64,000 nucleotides of DNA. Origin: Eledone cirrhosa. Taxonomy: Eukaryota. This document shows positions 1 through 12,137 of this stretch, one piece after another. Every line of letters starts with the position of its first letter. Within the stretch, counting starts at the first letter, position 1. Below the pieces are notes generated by a model. The model was not told the origin of the DNA. It saw only the letters and a list, made by a program, of their open reading frames with translations, and did not search any database. The DNA is taken from positions 399,528,001 to 399,592,000 of the forward strand of contig OZ024741.1 of the NCBI GenBank assembly GCA_964016885.1. Reading direction: 5' to 3'. Made by a program: the position numbers and the translations under genes.

Positions 1-834
1 TGCAAATAACGAAGCTGCAACTAGTTTTAAGATGGTTAGAAGTTTTGAATCTAATACCAGTATGTATAACTTTTTAATTCCAATTTAAATTCCAGTTTAA
101 ATCTAACCCTGCAAGCAGGAACATTCTGGACAATAGCGGAAGACACAAAATGCTCAGACAGCCAGATTACACCTCAGAGAAAAAGATATTTCATATCAGA
201 TTTCACAGTGGGGTGATGAATTTCGGGTGGAGATAAGACATGTCTGGAATACCGAGTTTCAGGTGAAGTACCTAACACAGTAGGAGGTACTGGTTGTTCT
301 CTCTAGCAAAGATTCCACCATTGTGGCTGCTAGCTGCAGCTGCGGTATACTACGCAAACTGAAGTGTACAACCTGTCGCTCTCTTCGTTCCTTGCCTTTC
401 ATTAACCCTTTAGCATTTAAACCGTCCAATCTGGCTAGAATTCGCTCAACATTTTCTGTTCAAACTGGCCATAACGAGATGCTCATACTGATTTTAGAGT
501 ATTTTTCTCAAAATAGATTTCATCTCATAGATTCGATATTATGTGAGATAATTATGTGAGGTAAAGCCTTTACCACAAAAATATAATAGTAAATATAGAG
601 TAATGTAAATGCTAAAGGATTAAAGAGACAATTATTGCACATATATAATTTAAATGAAATTTACTGAATAAAGATTTTCCATTTCTTCTTCTGAAACTTT
701 TGGAGTGGTAGGGGCATTTTTAACTTGATAGAGGTCATCCCTTCTCTGGGCGTGAACACAGCCAATTTCTTAGAGAGAGAGTGTGTGTGTGTGTGATAGA
801 GAGGAAATGAGAAAGAGATATAGAACAAGACTCC

Positions 835-990
835 ACCCCAGTACCAGGTAGGGAACTTTTTATCGACATCGAAACGATAAAAGGCAAAGCTGACCTTGGC
901 GGCATTTGAACTCAAAGAATACAGAGAGCCGACGCGAATTCGGTATAATATGATAGTCGAAGTTCTAACGACTCTGCCAATCTGCCACCG
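835..990 (-). mobile_element. tRNA-derived SINE family A (Deu/Nin-like core), diverged copy
   Basis: Reverse complement shows a TGGCAGAGTCGTTAGA A-box, GAGTTCAAAT B-box and GCCTTT..GTCGATAAAA..TACTGG core, like more than 20 other copies in the window. Confidence 0.75.
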
Positions 991-1452
991 GATCGATTGT
1001 CCATCTAACTACCTACGTTTTAAATATACGCCTGTCTGTTCTACCAGAATAGACTAGGGCTAGCTACAGGTCAACTCTGAACTGTCGTGGCTCATGCGAA
1101 AGATACAAAGAGTTATTTTTAATTGTGTTATTTGTCTCTAGAAATAAATGATATCAGATAGAGAAGATAACATGTTGTGGGGACTTCTGAAACAATAAAT
1201 GATTTACTCATTGACAATTATATCAACACGCTTGTCCAATAGTATTTGCATTCCATTGGTTCTATAGATTCTAGTGATATATCCAGCTGTGCATTCCATT
1301 CAATCTCGGTGTTACAGTGTATGCTTTATTATATTTTTCATTTCGTTATTTTTTTTTCAGATCAGTTTCCAGGTATGATATATATATATCCTGGTTGAGT
1401 AGTGTTTTCCTTTTCCTTTCACACACACACACACACACATACACACACACAC

Positions 1453-1502
<50 letters not shown>

Positions 1503-1581
1503 AATGTAATGTCCAGTTACTGTAGCTTCACCTGAGTGAACACTCAATGCGTAGTTTCGAGTAGGTATAGAGGTGTAGTAC

Positions 1582-1618
<37 letters not shown>

Positions 1619-1619
1619 G

Positions 1620-2024
1620 TTCTTTGAGACTCAGTCATTGATGTTAGTTAACTGCAAAGTTTGTTGAAATGAATATCAATCCACTACCTGCAGCCTCAGA
1701 TATTCAGGACGTATCGGAGGGTTCTTGCTGTTCCCAGCAAGCATGCCTTTTGAAGCGTTCCAAAAAGCGTGGCGGGTCCAATTTTCTTTAACCATCCCTG
1801 GAAACTTTTTGAGATAGTCCCTAGTGCGCCTATGACAATCGGGACCACTTTGACTTCATGGCAGTTCCAAATCCTTTTTACCTCCCACTTTAAGTCCTGG
1901 TATCGGTTAATTTTTTCCCTCTCCTTCTCTTGCACTCTCGTGTCGAATGGGCAGGCCACATCCACAATCAGGCACGATCCTTTTCCTTGTCCAAAACCAC
2001 CAGGTCAGGTCTATTGTGTTCCAG
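1620..2024 (-). mobile_element. R4/Dong-type RLE LINE family B, 5'-truncated 3' fragment
   Basis: Encodes DVACPFD..KYQDLKWEVKRIW..VPIVIGALG..LQKACLLGTARTLR; near-identical to 15846-16250; (TTA)n on both sides. Confidence 0.9.
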
Positions 2025-2195
2025 ATATTATTATTATTATTATTATTATTACAGTTGCATTTATCTTGCTTTATGTTCATACGAGTTATCACCAAGTCAC
2101 AACCAGTGACCTCAAGAGACAACACGGTCCGCCATGTTCAAGAAAGAACATACATATTCACACATGCATCTTTAGTGTTTAGACTTGTGATGTAC

Positions 2196-5100
2196 TTATA
2201 TTGACAGAATCTTCCTTAGTATATGGGCAGTTCCCATTAGTACTATCTTTTGTATTTCTCCTATACGCGGGTTTCCTGGGATTTGCGATATGTAATCATT
2301 AGACCCCTTAGGTATCATTCCCAGAGCGCCTACAACCACTGGTATTGTTTTAGTTCTCAATTTCCACATTTTTCCAATTTCTATATCCAGGTCCTTATAC
2401 TTGCTCAATTTTTCAAATGTTTTTATAGATACATCCTTGTCTATTGGAACAGACATATCAATTAGCAGGCATACCCTCTTTTTAAAGTCCTTCAATATTA
2501 TATCAGGTCTATTTGCATCTATTTTTCGGTCTGTTTGGATGCTAAAGTTCCACAAGATTGAGATGTGATCTTTTTCAAGTATGGGAGGTGGTTGATCCTC
2601 CCACCAATTCTTTTGATGGGGCAGGTCAAAATGCTTACACATTATCCAATGTATGTATTGTGCAGCTCTGTCATGCCTGTTTAGGTATTCGGTTGGAGCT
2701 ATAGGACTGCACATTGAAATTATATGGTCAATGGTCTGTGGTTGTTTTTTGCATACACGGCATAATGGGCTGCACCCATTTTTTATTATGTTGGCTTGGT
2801 AATTTTTTGTTGGCAGACACTGATCTTGTGCTGATATAATCAGTCCTTCAGTCTCCGATTTCAGTCCAGAGGATGCCAACCACTGATTTTTTGTTGGCAG
2901 ACACTGATCTTGTGCTGATATAATCAGTCCTTCAGTCTCCGATTTCAGTCCAGAGGATGCCAACCACTGATGGGTTAAATTTTGTCAACATCAGGATTGT
3001 TAGCTCGCTCTGGGTATTTTCCATACAGAGGCTTTTCTTGCCATTTCTTAGCCAGTTTCTGTAGCAGTTCTTTCTTTGCAGTTACTTTTACCTGCTTTGC
3101 TTTTTCTGTGTTTTCCATTTCAGCAGTAAATGGGACTTCTGAAATTTGTAGTCCATTACTGTATCTTTGTGCATCTTTTGTAATGGAATATGATCTTTTG
3201 ATGCTTTCGTGTTTCAAAACGAGTTTGATCATCCAATCATGTGATTCCCTTAGATATGTAGATAATCCAATTGTTGCAGTTTTCAACGCAATGTCTAACT
3301 GGATTAACCCACGTCCTCCTTCTTTCCTAGGGAGATATATTCTATCTATATCTGCCTTAGGGTGATGCATTCTGTGCATGGTTAAGAATTTTCGAATTTT
3401 TGTATCGAGCCTACGGATCTCTGTGCTTGACCAGTTGATGACATTGTAACTGTAGGTTACTACTGGTATGGCAAGCGTGTTTATGGCATCGATCCTATTC
3501 CTTGCATTCAATTCCGTTCTTAAGATTGCTCTTACTCTGCGGTAACATTCCTTCCTTATCCTTTCCCTCATTGTCGAGTGCTTGATTCCGTCTCCTTCAC
3601 AAACACCTAGATATTTGTAAGTTTCTCTTATCACGTTCCCCCGATCAAGATTAATGTCTGAACTCTTCAGCAGCTTTCCTCTGGTGAACGTTGCTTTGGC
3701 GCATTTATCTAGTCCAAACTCCATTTTAATGTCTTCACTGAACTGCTCCACAGTGGATAATAGCCCTTGCAATTGTTCATCATTTTTTGCAAATAGTTTC
3801 AGGTCATCCATGTAGAACAGGTGATTAATGGTTTTGTCATAGACTTTATATCCATGTTTTGTTTCATTGAGCATTTTACTTAATGGTATAAGTGCGATGC
3901 AGAATAAAAGCGGTGATAAAGAGTCACCCTGAAAAATTCCACAATTAATATTAACTTCTCCAGCTTCCAGTGATTTTGTTTCACTATTCAAAAGGAGTGT
4001 CGTTTTCCATGTCTCCTGACAACGGGGAATATTTTGAAAATCTCTAAACATTTTTCAATCCAACTGTGTGGCAAACTATCGAATGCTTTTTTATAATCTA
4101 TCCAAGCAATCGATAGATTTTTGCGTCTATTATGACAATCTTCCAGTATCATTTTGTTAACCAAAAGCTGATCCTTACAGCCATATGAGCCTCGTTTACA
4201 CCCTTTCTGCTCAATGGGAAATAGGTCATTTGTTATCAGGTGGTCATATGTGTATTCAGTTAGGACTGATGTTAAAATTTTATACATTGTGGTCAAGCAA
4301 GTTATCGGTCTGTAATTTTTGGGATTGTTTGTCTCATCATTCTTCGGAAGCAGGAATGTAATGCCGTTAACTAGCCATGATGGTATCTTTTCTGGCTCCT
4401 TAACTATTTCATTGTAAAGTTGGGCTAACAGCTCATGAGACTCTGTGAAGGCATTTATCCAAAAGTTTTGTATTTTGTGTTTTCCTGGGGATTTCCATTT
4501 GCTGGTTTTTCTTAGAGCCAAGCGCAACTGTTCAACTGTTATATTTTCCCATATTTGTTCCTCAAGGTGAGCTGTATCTTTCATTTGTCTGTCTATCCAT
4601 GGGGCATGTATGTTATGAAATTTTTCTTCGGCCCAGATCTTTTCCCAGAATTCTTGCACTTCCTCCTTGGGTGGTATTGATTTAGCAGTTATTGTTGACT
4701 TACCAATTTTTCTGTAGAATGTTTCTTTGGTTGTTTTTGAACATATTATTGTCCTTATAGAATCTAGATCGTTTTTCAAAGCGCCTTATACGAGCAACTT
4801 TGGCCGACACTTTTTGCTTGATTATTTCTATCAGCATGTCTATGTCACATGTTGATTTTATACTGTACTTTTTTTTCAATTTTCTAAGTTTAGTTTGTTT
4901 AACATGTTCACCTACTTTATAGTTTGTTAAAATTTCTATGTCAGATCGGAGAAGGTTTATTTGGCGATTGATGTTCTCTTGCCAAGTAGATTTCTTGTGG
5001 GAATTCCTTTGTTTTTTCATCTTCACTCCACATAAGTGAGTGGTGACTTTAGCCGATGCATAATAGAGATAATTTAAATCAGTAATGTTTAGTTTGTTTG

Positions 5101-5893
5101 TGATGATAATGTTTTTGAGAATTATGTTAGTCTTGTGTATTATCTTTTGGTTCTGTTTGGAGTTCTGGATCTTAGGGAGGGTGTCTCGTTGCCCCATGTC
5201 AGATTCTTTCATTTTCATCCATTCGATCATAATTTCATCCTTCAAGTTGGCAAGTTCATTCTCATTCATTTCTTTATCATTTACGATCTCATTATTTTCA
5301 TTTGGAGTTTCATCCTGAGCATGCACTCCCTGCACTTTTTCGATTCTTTCTTTAATTTGTTCTGTTGCCAGTGATTCCGCCCCAACCCTGGGATTCGAAG
5401 TGTTACAGTTTACCTCGTTTTCACTGACACATCTTTCATTTTCCCTTCGCTGACTTTGTGCCAATAGCTTGATCTGATCAATTTCTATATCAGTTAGTAA
5501 CTTTTTTCTTACAATATTTCTTCGTATATTGGCTAGTTTGTTACTGTCAATATAGCCTCTGTTTTCGGGATGTTTCTTTTTCCAGTTGATATATGTCTGT
5601 TCTGTATTCGATGTATTTGATGGGTAGTACATGGCAGTGTAGAAAGCCCCAAGGACTTCTTTATTATCTTCCCTTGACCATTTTTCTCTCTTTTTCTTTG
5701 GATTTCTTGGTGGTGAGCATGGAGGGCCAACAGTAGGAGTATTCCGGTTATGGGAGGTCTCCAGTTCCGAAGTGATGGGAAGGTTTGAACCATTAGCTGA
5801 TTTTTCGACCCCAGTCTGGTTCCTCTCTGAGGGACGCGGCCCTTTTTTACCCGGGTGACGGCCGATCCGGTATGAGATTTTATCATTAGACAT
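2196..5893 (-). pseudogene. RT-RLE polyprotein of copy A1, broken into four ORF pieces
   Basis: ORFs 4700-5893, 3988-4779, 2975-4051 and 2196-2963 are colinear parts of one RT/CCHC/PD-(D/E)xK protein. Confidence 0.9.
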
Positions 5894-5904
5894 TTACTTT
5901 ATTT

Positions 5905-6053
5905 TGTCGCGTTTTATCCTTATCCGCCAAGGGGTAATCATTTCGTGTTACCACTTCTAGAACGAGTGTCAACCAAGACTAGAGGGGTCGTTCTCCCCTA
6001 GAGACACGGCTATTCCCCGCCGGCCGCCATCCCGGTATTTCTTGGTCACGGGG
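5905..6053 (-). ncRNA. Structured multi-pseudoknot 5' UTR motif of family A (function unknown)
   Basis: Stems CCCCG/CGGGG, CCGG/CCGG, AGGGG/CCCCT and GTC/GAC; loop pairings AGAACGA/TCGTTCT and GACCAA/TTGGTT; second copy at 9385-9533. Confidence 0.6.
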
Positions 6054-6469
6054 TTTTCTTTTTGTTGTTTTTTTTTAAATTGTTATTATCATGAGTGGTT
6101 CCTTAATGTGAGCATTGCGTGGCTTAAGAATGAAATTATTAATAACTGTCTCCACTCCAGGCACAAAACCAGCAATCACCCAGTGCATTACAATAATATA
6201 ATATACTTTTTGTTGTAGTTGGCTGTTATTGTTGTTGGCTATGTCGGTGGTGGTGCCGGGGCTTTTTATATTGTTGGTGAGGAAGGGGTGAGCCAGCAGT
6301 CCCATAGTTGTTGATGTTGACGTTTGGCCGGTGGCCAGGTCACTAAGTCAATCTATTTATATCTTTTGCTAGCCTCTCCCTTGTCTAGTGATACCGCCAC
6401 CTTCCCCTTTCTCTCTCAAGTTAACAGGGGAATAGTGGTGGTAGCAATGAAGGAGTGGTGGCGGCGGCG

Positions 6470-6529
<60 letters not shown>

Positions 6530-6531
<2 letters not shown>

Positions 6532-9500
6532 AGCTGCATTTATCTTGCTTTATGTTCATACGAGTTATCACCAAATCACAACCAGTGACCTTAAGAGACA
6601 ACAAGGTCCGCCATGTTCAAGAAAGAACATACATACTCACACATGCATCTTTAGGTGTTTAGACTTGTGATGTATTTATATTGACAGAATCTTCCTTAGT
6701 ATATGGGCAGTTCCCATTAGTACTATCTTTTGTATTTCTCCTATACGCGGGTATCCTGGGATTTGCGATAAGTAATCATTAGACCCCTTAGGTATCATTC
6801 CAAGAGCGCCTACAACCACTGGTATTGTTTTAGTTCTCAATTTCCACATTTTTCCAAATTCTATCTCCAGGTCCTTATACTTGCTCAATTTTTCAAATGT
6901 TTTCATAGATACATTCTTGTCTATTGGAACGGACATATCAATTAGCAGGCATACCCTCTTTTTAAAGTCCTTCAATATTATATCAGGTCTATTTGCATCT
7001 ATTTTTCGGTCTGTTTGGATGCTAAAGTTCCACAAGATTGAGATGTGATCTTTTTCAAGTATGGGAGGTGGTTGATGCTCCCACCAATTCTTTTGATGGG
7101 GCAGGTCAAAATGCTTAAACATTATCCAATGTATGTATTGTGCAGCTCTGTAATGCCTGTTTAGGTATTCGGTTGGAGCTATAGGACTGCAAATTGAAAT
7201 TATATGTTCAATGGTCTCTGGTTGTTTTTTACATACACGGCATAATGGGCTGCATTCATTTTTTATTATGTTGGCTTGGTAATTTTTTGTTGGCAGACAC
7301 TGATCTTGTGCTGATATAATCAGTCCTTCAGTCTCCGATTTCAGTCCAGAGGATGCCAACCACTGATGGGTTAAAGTTTTGTCAACATCAGGATTGTTAG
7401 CTCGTTCTGGGTATTTTCCATACAGAGGCTTTTCTTGCCATTTCTTAGCCAGTTTCTGTAGCAGTTCTTTCTTTGCAGTTACTTTTACCTGCTTTGCTTT
7501 TTCTGTGTTTTCCATTTCAGCAGTAAATGGGACTTCTGAAATTTGTAGTCCATTACTGTATCTTTGTGCATCTTTTGTAATGGAGTATGATCTTTTGATG
7601 CTTTCTATCCAAGCAATCGATAGATTTTTGTGTCTATTATGACAATCTTCCAGTATCATTTTGTTAACCAAAAGCTGATCCTTACAGCCATATGAGCCTC
7701 GTTTACACCCTTTCTGCTCAATGGGAAATAGGTCATTTGTTATCAGGTGGTCATATGTATATTCAGTTAGGACTGATGTTAAAATTTTATACATTGTGGT
7801 CAAGCAAGTTATCGGTCTGTAATTTTTGGGATTGTTTGTCTCATCATTCTTCGGAAGCAGGAATGTAATGCCGTTAACTAGCCATGATGGTATCTTTTCT
7901 GGCTCCTTAACCATTTCATTGTAAAGTTGGGCTAACAGCTCATGAGACTCTGTGAAGGCATTTATCCAAAAATTTGGTACTTTGTCTTTTCCTGGGGATT
8001 TCCATTTGCTGGTTTTTCTTAGAGCCAAACGCAACTGTTCAACTGTTATATTTTCCCATATTTGTTCCTCAAGGTGAGCTGTATCTTTCATTTGTCTGTC
8101 TATCCATGGGGCATGTATATTATGAACTTTTTCTTCGGCCCAGATCTTTTCCCAGAATTCTTGCACTTCCTCCTTGGGTGGTATTGATTTAACAGTTATT
8201 GTTGACTTACCCATTTTTCTGTAGAAGTTTCTTTGGTTGTTTTTGAACATATTATTGTTCTTATAGAATCTAGATCGTTTTTCAAAGCGCCTTATACGAG
8301 CAGCTTTGGCCGACACTTTTTGCTTGATTATTTCTATCATCATGTCTATGTCACATGTTGATTTTATATTGTACTTTATTTTCAATTTTCTAAGTTTAGT
8401 TTGTTTAACAAATTTCTATGTCAGATCGGAGAAGGTTTATTTGGCGATTGATGTTCTCTTGCCAAGTAGATTTCTTGTGGGAATTCCTTTGTTTTTTCAT
8501 CTTCACTCCACATAAGTGAGTGGTGACTTTAGCCGATGCATAATAGAGATGATTTAAATCAGTAATGTTTAGTTTGTTTGTGATGATAATGTTTTTGAGA
8601 ATTATGTTAGTCTTATGTATTATCTTTTGGTTCTGTTTGGAGTTCTGGATCTTAGGGAGGGTGTCTCGTTCCCCCATGTCAGATTCTTTCATTTTCATCC
8701 ATTCGATCATAATTTCATCCTTCAAGTTGGCAAGTTCATTCTCATTCATTTCTTTATCATTTACGATCTCATTGTTTTCATTTTGAGTTTCATCTTGAGC
8801 ATGCACTCCCTCCACTTTTTCGATCCTTTCTTTAATTTGTTCTGTTGTCAGTGATTCCGTCCCAACCCTGGGATTCGAAGTGTTACAATTTACCTCGTTT
8901 TCACTGACACTTGTTTCATTTTCCCTTCGCTGAGTTTGTGCTAATAGCTTGATCTGATCAATTTCTATATCAGTTAGTAACTTTTTTTTTACAATATTTC
9001 TTCGTATATTGGCTAGTTTGTTACTGTCAATATAGCCTCTGTTTTCGGGATGTTTCTTTTTCCAGTTGATATATGTCTGTTCTGTATTCGATGTATTTGA
9101 TGGGTAGTACATGGCAGTGTAGAAAGCCTCAAGGACTTCTTTATTATCTTCCCTTGACCTTTTTTCTCTCTTTTTCTTTGGATTTCTTGGTGGTGAGCAT
9201 GGAGGGCCAACAGTAGGAGTATTCCGGTTATGGGAGGTCTCCAGCTCCGAAGTGATGGGAAGGTTTGAACCATTAGCTGATTTTTCGACCCCAGTCTGGT
9301 TCCTCTCTGAGGGATGCGGCCCTTTTTTACCCGGGTGACGGCCGATCCGGTATGAGATTTTATCATTAGACATTTACTTTATTTTGTCGCGTTTTATTCT
9401 TATCCGCCAAGGGGTAATCATTTCGTGTTACCACTTCTAGGACGAGTGTCAACCAAGACTAGAGGGGTCGTCTTCCCCTAGAGACACGGCTATTCCCCGC

Positions 9501-9845
9501 CGGCCGCCATCCCGGTATTTCTTGGTCACGGGGTTTTCTTTTTTGTTGTTTTTTAAATTGTTATTATCATGAGTGGTTCCTTAATGTGAGCATTGCGTGG
9601 CTTAAGAATGAAATTATTAATAATATAATATACTTTTTGCTGGAGTTGCCTGTTATTGTTGTTGGCTATGTCGATGGTAGTGCTGGGGCTTTTTCTATTG
9701 TTGGTGGGGAAGGGGGGAGCTAGCAGTGCCATAGTCGTTGACGTGTGGCCGGTGGCCGGGTCACTAAGTCAATCTATTTATATCTTTTGCTAGCCTCTCC
9801 CCTGTCTAGTGATACCGCCACCTTCCCCCTTCTTAAGTTAACAGA
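6530..9845 (-). mobile_element. R4/Dong-type LINE family A, copy A2, lacking the RT core
   Basis: Highly similar to A1; ORF 6676-8385 joins IAWI directly to ESIKRSY, deleting about 0.9 kb including YMDD; (TTA)n flanks. Confidence 0.92.
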
Positions 9846-9850
9846 AGGTA

Positions 9851-9923
<73 letters not shown>

Positions 9924-10131
9924 GGCGACCTACTTAGTAAATCGTATCATCGTGAGCTCCGCAAAGGTTTGTTATTTCCGTTTGTTAAAAATTGCCATTT
10001 ATGGAAAATTTTATTGTTAACTGTTTATAAGCACACATACATTGTTTTCCGAAAAGGACACCCAAAAAGATTGGGGCCTTGTGCCCAAAATTTTAACTTT
10101 TATTATTATCAAAAAATTTCTTTGAAAAAAA

Positions 10132-12103
10132 ATGGCTACTTCACCTCTGCACGAAGCAGCTGAAAGCCTTCCTCACAAAATAACACCTCACACCGACACC
10201 ACCATTGTAAATGTTACTACGTTTGCCAACACAAAAAAAAATATAAGCAGTAGCAATATTTTAAATTTGTCTCAGGCAGACATTCATTTCCCGCCATTAC
10301 CAATGACTGCAGGTGTTAAAGCCTCCACCACCACCACCACCGCGACAACCACCACCACCACCACCACCGCGACAACAGAAACAAAAGAAGAAAAAAATAA
10401 ATTAACTCGTGATGTCGAAATGAAATCAAGCAAAATGGACTCTTCCCCACCAAAGACGACTGACGTCACCACCACCACAACTGAAACTAAAATTAATATT
10501 AACACAAATAACGATAGCAACAACAACAACAATGACATTATAAACCCCCCCCCCCTCAGTTTCGCCAGAGTGGCAAAACAATTCGAAGCATTCACGGTAT
10601 CTCAAGAGGATTTAGAAAATGCCAAACAAATGGTAAAGAAAGATGGGTACAGGGTCACCCTCACCCCCCCCACCTAATAAAATGGAGCATCGGCGCCTAT
10701 GCACCGTGTCGTATAGAACAATAAATGTAAAATCGTGCCGAGTGGAACGGGCATCCGAGTCCCAAATCCAAAAAGCTTTGGGACATGTGTGGGCAAGAAA
10801 AACCCACATCAGACGTGGGTAAAAGTATGGAACCGTGGATGTGTTCTTTGAAACACCAGAGGAGACTAGAGAACACTCCATGGCCCCATTAAAAAGTGAC
10901 GACTTCACACTCGTCCCAAGCTATTGTGGCCAGAGACTCGTAAAGATCAGGGTGACCCACGTTCCACCGGCCATCGAAATTCCCTGGCTAATAGCGGTTG
11001 TCCTCGCCGGCATCGAAACCAACACGAAAATAATAGCAATAGCAAAAGAAAAGCAGGAAAACTGGTCCGGATCTGGGATGGAGCTCCTAATCCAAGCGGA
11101 CCAAAAAAGCATTGAGGAGATCCCAGAGGTAATAGACCTCACTGACGGCAGCCACCTCACGGTAATTGTCGAGGGCAGAAGACCTAAGTGTGTCGTTTGT
11201 GGTGAAGGAACCCACCTAAGAGCTTTCTGCCCTCAGGCTAAAAGATTGAGGCCACCTCTCCTACCCACCCCAGTGACACAACCATCAACACCACCAGTAG
11301 CAGAGATGGCAACAACAACTGTAGCAGCAACAACAGAAGCAACTATAACAGCAACAACCCCAGCAACAGTAGCAAAACCAACACCACCACCACCCAACGC
11401 TTCAGAACTAGCACCAGCGCCTACACCATCCACCACACCACAACCAAAACTAACGGCTGTGGAGGATTTTCCACTCCCCGGCCTATCACAACTGGAGACA
11501 GATTGTGACGACGAGGAGTGGGAAACGATATCCGGAAAAAAAAAAAGAAACCAAAAAAGAAAAAATTCTCTTCCTTCCCCCTCCAAAAACAAAATACAGA
11601 GGGAAACAAATAAACTAAGAAACAAAAAAGTTAGGACAGATATGCCACCATCCACACCAGCATCACCAACCCCATCAACCCAAACACCAACACCATCACC
11701 ATCATTAACTCCAACACCACCATCACCTACACCACAAAAGTCACCAAAATGCGAAACAGAAACAAACCCACAACAAACGCAAACAAAACAAAACAACCAA
11801 AACGATACACACTACACAGCATTAAATTTGAACAACAAGCAATTATTACACTACATCCAACACAACACCAGCATCACAGAAAAAGACTACACAACAACCC
11901 CAAAATTCACACCACCTCCACACATACAAATCACTCGCATCACACTGCAAACGTACATGACACTAAAACAAAAATTCCCCAAAGATATCGGAGACTTCCG
12001 ACAAGCACTCTCCAGGAGGATTTATAAGGACATCCTTCCTGAGGAGGCCACAAGCAGTGAAAAGGATGGAAAAACCGTCCTTCCCCTACGAGAAGTAAGG
12101 TAA
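10132..12103 (+). pseudogene. Tx1-like ORF1 (zinc-knuckle, Pro/Thr-rich), disrupted
   Basis: CX2CX4HX4C knuckle CVVCGEGTHLRAFC; split into ORFs 10132-10677 and 10835-12103, with the break at a poly-C run near 10665. Confidence 0.75.
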
Positions 12104-12137
12104 GTGGTCTTTTCCATCTTTTCCACTCCTTTTCAAC

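Larger units (their letters stand above)
2051..6430 (-). mobile_element. R4/Dong-type RLE LINE family A, near full-length copy A1
   Basis: Frameshifted single ORF 5893->2196 with RT (NYRPITCL, DYKKAFDS, GIFQGDSLSP, YMDDLKL), CCHC (CRVC..H..C) and RLE (RPDII..IDMS..KLSKY); (TTA)n flanks. Confidence 0.92.

Noticed and set aside
5955-6047. Canonical HDV-like ribozyme in the family A 5' UTR
   Set aside because: P1 and P3 candidates exist (GACCAA/TTGGTT, GAC/GTC) but the L3 G, the GG of P1.1 and the C-R-A junction are missing; the alternative fold shared with RTE fits better
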